Shown here in pieces: positions 1 to 13,100 of a stretch of 64,000 nt of DNA (position 1 is the first letter of the stretch; each line of letters starts with the position of its first letter). The position numbers and the translations under genes were made by a program. The notes below the pieces were generated by a model, which saw only the letters and a list, made by a program, of their open reading frames with translations, made no database searches and was not told the DNA's origin. The stretch is from assembly GCA_032718475.1 (NCBI GenBank), contig JAUCBJ010009012.1, forward strand, positions 15,859 to 79,858, written 5' to 3'. The DNA is from Nemertoderma westbladi. Lineage: Eukaryota; Animalia; Xenacoelomorpha.

Positions 1-3000
1 ACAAACATATCGGTTGTACATTTACCTAAACAAACATATCGGTTGTACATTTACCTAAACAAACATATCGGTAGTACATTTACCTAAACAAACATATCGG
101 TAGTCCGTAGTACATTTACCTAAACAAACATATCGGTTGTACATTTACCTAAACAAACATATCGGTAGTACATTTACCTAAACAAACATATCGGTTGTAC
201 ATTTACCTAAACAAACATATCGGTAGTACATTTACCTAAACAAACATATCGGATCGGTAGTACATTTACCTAAACAAACATATCGGTTGTACATTTACCT
301 AAACAAACATATCGGTAGTACATTTACCTAAACAAACATATCGGTAGTACATTTACCTAAACAAACATATCGGTTGTACATTTACCTAAACAAACATATC
401 GGTAGTACATTTACCTAAACAAACATATCGGTAGTACATTTACCTAAACAAACATATCGGTTGTACATTTACCTAAACAAACATATCGGTAGTACATTTA
501 CCTAAACAAACATATCGGTAGTACATTTACCTAAACAAACATATCGGTAGTCCGTAGTACATTTACCTAAACAAACATATCGGTAGTACATTTACCTAAA
601 CAAACATATCGGTAGTACATTTACCTAAACAAACATATCGGTAGTACATTTACCTAAACAAACATATCGGTAGTACATTTACCTAAACAAACATATCGGT
701 AGTCCGTAGTACATTTACCTAAACAAACATATCGGTAGTACATTTACCTAAACAAACATATCGGTAGTACATTTACCTAAACAAACATATCGGTAGTACA
801 TTTACCTAAACAAACATATCGGTAGTACATTTACCTAAACAAACATATCGGTAGTACATTTACCTAAACAAACATATCGGTAGTACATTTACCTAAACAA
901 ACATATCGGTTGTACATTTACCTAAACAAACATATCGGTTGTACATTTACCTAAACAAACATATCGGTTGTACATTTACCTAAACAAACATATCGGTAGT
1001 ACATTTACCTAAACAAACATATCGTTATCGGTTGTACATTTACCTAAACAAACATATCGGTAGTACATTTACCTAAACAAACATATCGGTTGTACATTTA
1101 CCTAAACAAACATATCGGTAGTACATTTACCTAAACAAACATATCGTTATCGGTTGTACATTTACCTAAACAAACATATCGGTAGTACATTTACCTAAAC
1201 AAACATATCGGTTGTACATTTACCTAAACAAACATATCGGTTGTACATTTACCTAAACAAACATATCGGTAGTACATTTACCTAAACAAACATATCGGTT
1301 GTACATTTACCTAAACAAACATATCGGTTGTACATTTACCTAAACAAACATATCGGTATCGGTTGTACATTTACCTAAACAAACATATCGGTAGTACATT
1401 TACCTAAACAAACATATCGGTTGTACATTTACCTAAACAAACATATCGGTTGTACATTTACCTAAACAAACATATCGGTTGTACATTTACCTAAACAAAC
1501 ATATCGGTAGTACATTTACCTAAACAAACATATCGTTATCGGTTGTACATTTACCTAAACAAACATATCGGTAGTACATTTACCTAAACAAACATATCGG
1601 TTGTACATTTACCTAAACAAACATATCGGTATCGGTTGTACATTTACCTAAACAAACATATCGGTTGTACATTTACCTAAACAAACATATCGGTATCGGT
1701 TGTACATTTACCTAAACAAACATATCGGTTGTACATTTACCTAAACAAACATATCGGTAGTACATTTACCTAAACAAACATATCGGTAGTACATTTACCT
1801 AAACAAACATATCGGTTGTACATTTACCTAAACAAACATATCGGTAGTACATTTACCTAAACAAACATATCGGTAGTACATTTACCTAAACAAACATATC
1901 GGTAGTCCGTAGTACATTTACCTAAACAAACATATCGGTAGTACATTTACCTAAACAAACATATCGGTAGTACATTTACCTAAACAAACATATCGGTAGT
2001 ACATTTACCTAAACAAACATATCGGTTGTACATTTACCTAAACAAACATATCGGTAGTACATTTACCTAAACAAACAAAGCGGTTGTACATTTACCTAAA
2101 CAAACATATCGGTTGTACATTTACCTAAACAAACCTATCGGTTGTACATTTACCTAAACAAACATATCGGTTGTACATTTACCTAAACAAACATATCGGT
2201 TGTACATTTACCTAAACAAACATATCGGTAGTACATTTACCTAAACAAACAAAGCGGTTGTACATTTACCTAAACAAACATATCAGTAGTACATTTACCT
2301 AAACAAACATATCGGTAGTACATTTACCTAAACAAACATATCGGTAGTACATTTACCTAAACAAACATATCGGTAGTACATTTACCTAAACAAACATATC
2401 GGTAGTCCGTAGTACATTTACCTAAACAAACATATCGGTAGTACATTTACCTAAACAAACATATCGGTTGTACATTTACCTAAACAAACATATCGGTAGT
2501 ACATTTACCTAAACAAACATATCGGTAGTACATTTACCTAAACAAACATATCGGTTGTACATTTACCTAAACAAACATATCGGTAGTACATTTACCTAAA
2601 CAAACAAAGCGGTTGTACATTTACCTAAACAAACATATCGGTTGTACATTTACCTAAACAAACCTATCGGTTGTACATTTACCTAAACAAACATATCGGT
2701 TGTACATTTACCTAAACAAACATATCGGTTGTACATTTACCTAAACAAACATATCGGTAGTACATTTACCTAAACAAACAAAGCGGTTGTACATTTACCT
2801 AAACAAACATATCAGTAGTACATTTACCTAAACAAACATATCGGTAGTACATTTACCTAAACAAACATATCGGTTGTACATTTACCTAAACAAACATATC
2901 GGTAGTACATTTACCTAAACAAACAAAGCGGTTGTACATTTACCTAAACAAACATATCGGTTGTACATTTACCTAAACAAACCTATCGGTTGTACATTTA

Positions 3001-6000
3001 CCTAAACAAACATATCGGTTGTACATTTACCTAAACAAACATATCGGTTGTACATTTACCTAAACAAACATATCGGTAGTACATTTACCTAAACAAACAA
3101 AGCGGTTGTACATTTACCTAAACAAACATATCAGTAGTACATTTACCTAAACAAACATATCGGTAGTACATTTACCTAAACAAACATATCGGTTGTACAT
3201 TTACCTAAACAAACATATCGGTAGTACATTTACCTAAACAAACATATCGTTATCGGTTGTACATTTACCTAAACAAACATATCGGTAGTACATTTACCTA
3301 AACAAACATATCGGTTGTACATTTACCTAAACAAACATATCGGTTGTACATTTACCTAAACAAACATATCGGTAGTACATTTACCTAAACAAACATATCG
3401 GTTGTACATTTACCTAAACAAACATATCGGTTGTACATTTACCTAAACAAACATATCGGTATCGGTTGTACATTTACCTAAACAAACATATCGGTAGTAC
3501 ATTTACCTAAACAAACATATCGGTTGTACATTTACCTAAACAAACATATCGGTAGTACATTTACCTAAACAAACAAAGCGGTTGTACATTTACCTAAACA
3601 AACATATCGGTTGTACATTTACCTAAACAAACCTATCGGTTGTACATTTACCTAAACAAACATATCGGTTGTACATTTACCTAAACAAACATATCGGTTG
3701 TACATTTACCTAAACAAACATATCGGTAGTACATTTACCTAAACAAACATAGCGGTTGTACATTTACCTAAACAAACATATCGGTAGTACATTTACCTAA
3801 ACAAACATATCGGTAGTACATTTACCTAAACAAACATATCGGTAGTACATTTACCTAAACAAACATATCGGTAGTACATTTACCTAAACAAACATATCGG
3901 TAGTCCGTAGTACATTTACCTAAACAAACATATCGGTAGTACATTTACCTAAACAAACATATCGGTTGTACATTTACCTAAACAAACATATCGGTAGTAC
4001 ATTTACCTAAACAAACATATCGGTAGTACATTTACCTAAACAAACATATCGGTTGTACATTTACCTAAACAAACATATCGGTAGTACATTTACCTAAACA
4101 AACAAAGCGGTTGTACATTTACCTAAACAAACATATCGGTTGTACATTTACCTAAACAAACCTATCGGTTGTACATTTACCTAAACAAACATATCGGTAG
4201 TACATTTACCTAAACAAACATATCGGTAGTACATTTACCTAAACAAACATATCGGTAGTACATTTACCTAAACAAACATATCGGTAGTACATTTACCTAA
4301 ACAAACATATCGGTAGTACATTTACCTAAACAAACATATCGGTAGTACATTTACCTAAACAAACATATCGGTAGTACATTTACCTAAACAAACATATCGG
4401 TAGTACATTTACCTAAACAAACATATCGGTTGTACATTTACCTAAACAAACATATCGGTAGTACATTTACCTAAACAAACATATCGGTAGTACATTTACC
4501 TAAACAAACATATCGGTAGTACATTTACCTAAACAAACATATCGGTTGTACATTTACCTAAACAAACATATCGGTAGTACATTTACCTAAACAAACATAT
4601 CGGTAGTACATTTACCTAAACAAACATATCGGTAGTACATTTACCTAAACAAACATATCGGTAGTACATTTACCTAAACAAACATATCGGTAGTACATTT
4701 ACCTAAACAAACATATCGGTAGTACATTTACCTAAACAAACATATCGGTTGTACATTTACCTAAACAATCATATCGGTTGTACATTTACCTAAACAAACA
4801 TATCGGTAGTACATTTACCTAAACAAACATATCGGTAGTCCGTAGTACATTTACCTAAACAAACATATCGGTTGTACATTTACCTAAACAAACATATCGG
4901 TAGTACATTTACCTAAACAAACATATCGGTTGTACATTTACCTAAACAAACATATCGGTAGTACATTTACCTAAACAAACATATCGGATCGGTAGTACAT
5001 TTACCTAAACAAACATATCGGTTGTACATTTACCTAAACAAACATATCGGTAGTACATTTACCTAAACAAACATATCGGTAGTACATTTACCTAAACAAA
5101 CATATCGGTTGTACATTTACCTAAACAAACATATCGGTAGTACATTTACCTAAACAAACATATCGGTAGTACATTTACCTAAACAAACATATCGGTTGTA
5201 CATTTACCTAAACAAACATATCGGTAGTACATTTACCTAAACAAACATATCGGTAGTACATTTACCTAAACAAACATATCGGTAGTCCGTAGTACATTTA
5301 CCTAAACAAACATATCGGTAGTACATTTACCTAAACAAACATATCGGTAGTACATTTACCTAAACAAACATATCGGTAGTACATTTACCTAAACAAACAT
5401 ATCGGTAGTACATTTACCTAAACAAACATATCGGTAGTCCGTAGTACATTTACCTAAACAAACATATCGGTAGTACATTTACCTAAACAAACATATCGGT
5501 AGTACATTTACCTAAACAAACATATCGGTAGTCGTAGTACATTTACCTAAACAAACATATCGGTAGTACATTTACCTAAACAAACATATCGGTAGTACAT
5601 TTACCTAAACAAACATATCGGTAGTACATTTACCTAAACAAACATATCGGTATCGTAGTACATTTACCTAAACAAACATATCGGTAGTACATTTACCTAA
5701 ACAAACATATCGGTAGTACATTTACCTAAACAAACATATCGGTAGTACATTTACCTAAACAAACATATCGGTAGTACATTTACCTAAACAAACATATCGG
5801 TAGTACATTTACCTAAACAAACATATCGGTAGTACATTTACCTAAACAAACATATCGGTAGTACATTTACCTAAACAAACATATCGGTAGTACATTTACC
5901 TAAACAAACATATCGGTAGTACATTTACCTAAACAAACATATCGGTAGTACATTTACCTAAACAAACATATCGGTAGTACATTTACCTAAACAAACATAT

Positions 6001-9000
6001 CGGTAGTACATTTACCTAAACAAACATATCGGTAGTACATTTACCTAAACAAACATATCGGTAGTCCGTAGTACATTTACCTAAACAAACATATCGGTAG
6101 TACATTTACCTAAACAAACATATCGGTAGTACATTTACCTAAACAAACATATCGGTAGTCCGTAGTACATTTACCTAAACAAACATATCGGTAGTACATT
6201 TACCTAAACAAACATATCGGTAGTACATTTACCTAAACAAACATATCGGTAGTACATTTACCTAAACAAACATATCGGTAGTCCGTAGTACATTTACCTA
6301 AACAAACATATCGGTAGTACATTTACCTAAACAAACATATCGGTAGTACATTTACCTAAACAAACATATCGGTAGTACATTTACCTAAACAAACATATCG
6401 GTAGTACATTTACCTAAACAAACATATCGGTAGTCCGTAGTACATTTACCTAAACAAACATATCGGTAGTACATTTACCTAAACAAACATATCGGTAGTA
6501 CATTTACCTAAACAAACATATCGGTAGTCCGTAGTACATTTACCTAAACAAACATATCGGTAGTACATTTACCTAAACAAACATATCGGTAGTACATTTA
6601 CCTAAACAAACATATCGGTAGTACATTTACCTAAACAAACATATCGGTAGTACATTTACCTAAACAAACATATCGGTAGTCCGTAGTACATTTACCTAAA
6701 CAAACATATCGGTAGTACATTTACCTAAACAAACATATCGGTAGTACATTTACCTAAACAAACATATCGGTTGTACATTTACCTAAACAAACATATCGGT
6801 TGTACATTTACCTAAACAAACATATCGGTTGTACATTTACCTAAACAAACATATCGGTAGTACATTTACCTAAACAAACATATCGGTAGTACATTTACCT
6901 AAACAAACATATCGGTAGTACATTTACCTAAACAAACATATCGGTAGTACATTTACCTAAACAAACATATCGGTAGTACATTTACCTAAACAAACATATC
7001 GGTAGTACATTTACCTAAACAAACATATCGGTTGTACATTTACCTAAACAAACATATCGGTTGTACATTTACCTAAACAAACATATCGGTTGTACATTTA
7101 CCTAAACAAACATATCGGTAGTACATTTACCTAAACAAACATATCGTTATCGGTTGTACATTTACCTAAACAAACATATCGGTAGTACATTTACCTAAAC
7201 AAACATATCGGTTGTACATTTACCTAAACAAACATATCGGTAGTACATTTACCTAAACAAACATATCGTTATCGGTTGTACATTTACCTAAACAAACATA
7301 TCGGTAGTACATTTACCTAAACAAACATATCGGTTGTACATTTACCTAAACAAACATATCGGTTGTACATTTACCTAAACAAACATATCGGTTGTACATT
7401 TACCTAAACAAACATATCGGTAGTACATTTACCTAAACAAACATATCGGTTGTACATTTACCTAAACAAACATATCGGTTGTACATTTACCTAAACAAAC
7501 ATATCGGTATCGGTTGTACATTTACCTAAACAAACATATCGGTAGTACATTTACCTAAACAAACATATCGGTTGTACATTTACCTAAACAAACATATCGG
7601 TTGTACATTTACCTAAACAAACATATCGGTTGTACATTTACCTAAACAAACATATCGGTAGTACATTTACCTAAACAAACATATCGTTATCGGTTGTACA
7701 TTTACCTAAACAAACATATCGGTAGTACATTTACCTAAACAAACATATCGGTTGTACATTTACCTAAACAAACATATCGGTATCGGTTGTACATTTACCT
7801 AAACAAACATATCGGTTGTACATTTACCTAAACAAACATATCGGTATCGGTTGTACATTTACCTAAACAAACATATCGGTTGTACATTTACCTAAACAAA
7901 CATATCGGTAGTACATTTACCTAAACAAACATATCGGTAGTACATTTACCTAAACAAACATATCGGTTGTACATTTACCTAAACAAACATATCGGTAGTA
8001 CATTTACCTAAACAAACATATCGGTAGTACATTTACCTAAACAAACATATCGGTAGTCCGTAGTACATTTACCTAAACAAACATATCGGTAGTACATTTA
8101 CCTAAACAAACATATCGGTAGTACATTTACCTAAACAAACATATCGGTAGTACATTTACCTAAACAAACATATCGGTTGTACATTTACCTAAACAAACAT
8201 ATCGGTAGTACATTTACCTAAACAAACAAAGCGGTTGTACATTTACCTAAACAAACATATCGGTTGTACATTTACCTAAACAAACCTATCGGTTGTACAT
8301 TTACCTAAACAAACATATCGGTTGTACATTTACCTAAACAAACATATCGGTTGTACATTTACCTAAACAAACATATCGGTAGTACATTTACCTAAACAAA
8401 CAAAGCGGTTGTACATTTACCTAAACAAACATATCAGTAGTACATTTACCTAAACAAACATATCGGTAGTACATTTACCTAAACAAACATATCGGTAGTA
8501 CATTTACCTAAACAAACATATCGGTAGTACATTTACCTAAACAAACATATCGGTAGTCCGTAGTACATTTACCTAAACAAACATATCGGTAGTACATTTA
8601 CCTAAACAAACATATCGGTTGTACATTTACCTAAACAAACATATCGGTAGTACATTTACCTAAACAAACATATCGGTAGTACATTTACCTAAACAAACAT
8701 ATCGGTTGTACATTTACCTAAACAAACATATCGGTAGTACATTTACCTAAACAAACAAAGCGGTTGTACATTTACCTAAACAAACATATCGGTTGTACAT
8801 TTACCTAAACAAACCTATCGGTTGTACATTTACCTAAACAAACATATCGGTTGTACATTTACCTAAACAAACATATCGGTTGTACATTTACCTAAACAAA
8901 CATATCGGTAGTACATTTACCTAAACAAACAAAGCGGTTGTACATTTACCTAAACAAACATATCAGTAGTACATTTACCTAAACAAACATATCGGTAGTA

Positions 9001-9867
9001 CATTTACCTAAACAAACATATCGGTTGTACATTTACCTAAACAAACATATCGGTAGTACATTTACCTAAACAAACAAAGCGGTTGTACATTTACCTAAAC
9101 AAACATATCGGTTGTACATTTACCTAAACAAACCTATCGGTTGTACATTTACCTAAACAAACATATCGGTTGTACATTTACCTAAACAAACATATCGGTT
9201 GTACATTTACCTAAACAAACATATCGGTAGTACATTTACCTAAACAAACAAAGCGGTTGTACATTTACCTAAACAAACATATCAGTAGTACATTTACCTA
9301 AACAAACATATCGGTAGTACATTTACCTAAACAAACATATCGGTTGTACATTTACCTAAACAAACATATCGGTAGTACATTTACCTAAACAAACATATCG
9401 TTATCGGTTGTACATTTACCTAAACAAACATATCGGTAGTACATTTACCTAAACAAACATATCGGTTGTACATTTACCTAAACAAACATATCGGTTGTAC
9501 ATTTACCTAAACAAACATATCGGTAGTACATTTACCTAAACAAACATATCGGTTGTACATTTACCTAAACAAACATATCGGTTGTACATTTACCTAAACA
9601 AACATATCGGTATCGGTTGTACATTTACCTAAACAAACATATCGGTAGTACATTTACCTAAACAAACATATCGGTTGTACATTTACCTAAACAAACATAT
9701 CGGTTGTACATTTACCTAAACAAACATATCGGTTGTACATTTACCTAAACAAACATATCGGTAGTACATTTACCTAAACAAACATATCGGTTGTACATTT
9801 ACCTAAACAAACATATCGGTAGTACATTTACCTAAACAAACATATCGGTTGTACATTTACCTAAACA
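1..9867. repeat. 29-bp tandem satellite (ACAAACATATCGGTWGTACATTTACCTAA), roughly 335 units in the window, inside aconitase intron 4; continues beyond the left edge
   Basis: Directly visible 29-bp periodicity with a few recurrent variants (35-36 bp slippage units, AAAGCGG, CCTATCGG). Confidence 0.98.
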
Positions 9868-10011
9868 CCTCCAACATGTGTAACGTAACCCATTGGAACC
9901 AGCCTATAAGTTGTAGGTTTGAAGTGATGGCGATTGAAATAATATGGGTAGGATGTAGTTTATAGTTGACATATATTTAATCTCGCAGAGGCTGCATGTA
10001 TTGAGTCTAAC

Positions 10012-10194
10012 CTTTTACTTTAATAAGGACAACGGCGTCTATAATATCTTTACCATCCCAAACTGGGAAAGGGTCTAACAACTGTAGTCTGTCGCTGGTT
10101 GGAGACACGTCTACCGACTTCGAGCTGCCCTCGGCGGGGGGGTGTTGGTAAGTATCCTCTCCTGGGTCGAAACCCAAACTCGGTAAGTGCTCAC
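10012..10194 (-). CDS. ACO2: Mitochondrial aconitase, coding exon 4 (not in the ORF track)
   Basis: Manual translation [61 protein letters not shown](G) matches the aconitase linker region; flanked by tag| and |gttag, phase 1 on both sides. Confidence 0.93.
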
Positions 10195-10197
10195 CTA

Positions 10198-13100
10198 AGT
10201 AATGAAAGGGTGGAAATGGTGAGTAATGGAAAGGTGGAAAGAGTAAGTGATTAATGGAAGGGTGGAAATGGTAAGTGAGTAATGGAAGGGTGGGAATGGT
10301 AAGTGAGTAATGGAAAGGTGGAATTGGTAAGTGAGTAATGGAAAGGTGGAAATGGTAATTTATTAATGGAAGGGTAGAAATGGTAAGTGAGAAAAGGAAG
10401 GGTGGAACTTGTAAGGGAGTAATGGAAGGGTGGAACTTGTAAGTGAGTAATGGAAGGGTGGAAATGGTAAGTGAGTAATGGAAAGGTGGAAATGGTAATT
10501 TATTAATGGAAGGGTAGAAATGGTAAGTGAGAAAAGGAAGGGTGGAACTTGTAAGGGAGTAATGGAAGGGTGGAACTTGTAAGTGAGTAATGGAAGGGTG
10601 GAAATGGTAAGTGAGTAATAGAAGGGTGGAACTTGTAAGGGAGTAATGGAAGGGTGGGAATGGTAAGTGAGTAATGGAAAGGTGGAATTGGTAAGTGAGT
10701 AATGGAAAGGTGGAAATGGTAATTTATTAATGGAAGGGTAGAAATGGTAAGTGAGAAAAGGAAGGGTGGAACTTGTAAGGGAGTAATGGAAGGGTGGAAC
10801 TTGTAAGTGAGTAATGGAAGGGTGGAAATGGTAAGTGAGTAATAGAAGGGTGGAACTTGTAAGGGAGTAATGGAAGGGTGGGAATGGTAAGTGAGTAATG
10901 GAAAGGTGGAATTGGTAAGTGAGTAATGGAAAGGTGGAAATGGTAATTTATTAATGGAAGGGTAGAAATGGTAAGTGAGAAAAGGAAGGGTGGAACTTGT
11001 AAGGGAGTAATGGAAGGGTGGAACTTGTAAGTGAGTAATGGAAGGGTGGAAATGGTAAGTGAGTAATGGAAAGGTGGAATTGGTAAGTGAGTAATGGAAA
11101 GGTGGAATTGGTAAGTAGTAATGGAAAGGTGGAAATGGTAATTTATTAATGGAAGGGTAGAAATGGTAAGTGAGAAAAGGAAGGGTGGAACTTGTAAGGG
11201 AGTAATGGAAGGGTGGAACTTGTAAGTGAGTAATGGAAGGGTGGAAATGGTAAGTGAGTAATGGAAGCGTGGAAATGATAAGTGAGTAATGGAAGGGTGG
11301 AACTTGAACGTGAGTAATGGGAGGGTGGAAAAGGTAAGTGAGTAATGGAAGGGTGGAAATGGTAAGTGAGTAATAGAAGGGTGGAAATTGTAAGTGAGTA
11401 ATGGAAGGGTGGAACTTGTAAGGGAGTAATGGAATGGTGGAAAAGGTAAGTGAGTAATGGAAGGGTGGAACTTGAACATGAGTAATGGGAGGGTGGAAAA
11501 GGTAAGTGAGTAATGGAAAGGTGGAATTGGTAAGTGGTAATGGAAAGGTGGAAATGGTAATTTATTAATGGAAGGGTAGAAATGGTAAGTGAGAAAAGGA
11601 AGGGTGGAACTTGTAAGGGAGTAATGGAAGGGTGGAACTTGTAAGTGAGTAATGGAAGGGTGGAAATGGTAAGTGAGAAAAGGAAGGGTGGAACTTGTAA
11701 GGGAGTAATGGAAGGGTGGAACTTGTAAGTGAGTAATGGAAAGGTGGAAATGGTAATTTATTAATGGAAGGGTAGAAATGGTAAGTGAGAAAAGGAAGGG
11801 TGGAACTTGTAAGGGAGTAATGGAAGGGTGGAACTTGTAAGTGAGTAATGGAAGGGTGGAAATGGTAAGTGAGTAATAGAAGGGTGGAACTTGTAAGGGA
11901 GTAATGGAAGGGTGGGAATGGTAAGTGAGTAATGGAAAGGTGGAATTGGTAAGTGAGTAATGGAAAGGTGGAAATGGTAATTTATTAATGGAAGGGTAGA
12001 AATGGTAAGTGAGAAAAGGAAGGGTGGAACTTGTAAGGGAGTAATGGAAGGGTGGAACTTGTAAGTGAGTAATGGAAGGGTGGAAATGGTAAGTGAGTAA
12101 TGGAAAGGTGGAATTGGTAAGTGAGTAATGGAAAGGTGGAATTGGTAAGTAGTAATGGAAAGGTGGAAATGGTAATTTATTAATGGAAGGGTAGAAATGG
12201 TAAGTGAGAAAAGGAAGGGTGGAACTTGTAAGGGAGTAATGGAAGGGTGGAACTTGTAAGTGAGTAATGGAAGGGTGGAAATGGTAAGTGAGTAATGGAA
12301 GCGTGGAAATGATAAGTGAGTAATGGAAGGGTGGAACTTGAACGTGAGTAATGGGAGGGTGGAAAAGGTAAGTGAGTAATGGAAGGGTGGAAATGGTAAG
12401 TGAGTAATAGAAGGGTGGAAATTGTAAGTGAGTAATGGAAGGGTGGAACTTGTAAGGGAGTAATGGAATGGTGGAAAAGGTAAGTGAGTAATGGAAGGGT
12501 GGAACTTGAACGTGAGTAATGGGAGGGTGGAAAAGGTAAGTGAGTAATGGAAAGGTGGAATTGGTAAGTAGTAATGGAAAGGTGGAAATGGTAATTTATT
12601 AATGGAAGGGTAGAAATGGTAAGTGAGAAAAGGAAGGGTGGAACTTGTAAGGGAGTAATGGAAGGGTGGAACTTGTAAGTGAGTAATGGAAGGGTGGAAA
12701 TGGTAAGTGAGAAAAGGAAGGGTGGAACTTGTAAGGGAGTAATGGAAGGGTGGAACTTGTAAGTGAGTAATGGAAAGGTGGAAATGGTAATTTATTAATG
12801 GAAGGGTAGAAATGGTAAGTGAGAAAAGGAAGGGTGGAACTTGTAAGGGAGTAATGGAAGGGTGGAACTTGTAAGTGAGTAATGGAAGGGTGGAAATGGT
12901 AAGTGAGTAATAGAAGGGTGGAACTTGTAAGGGAGTAATGGAAGGGTGGGAATGGTAAGTGAGTAATGGAAAGGTGGAATTGGTAAGTGAGTAATGGAAA
13001 GGTGGAAATGGTAATTTATTAATGGAAGGGTAGAAATGGTAAGTGAGAAAAGGAAGGGTGGAACTTGTAAGGGAGTAATGGAAGGGTGGAACTTGTAAGT

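Noticed and set aside
9863-9903. Possible micro-exon (tatag|GCTGG...TTTAG|gtaaat) before the satellite
   Set aside because: Translation GWFQWVTLHMLEVF does not resemble aconitase and the 41-nt length would shift the frame.
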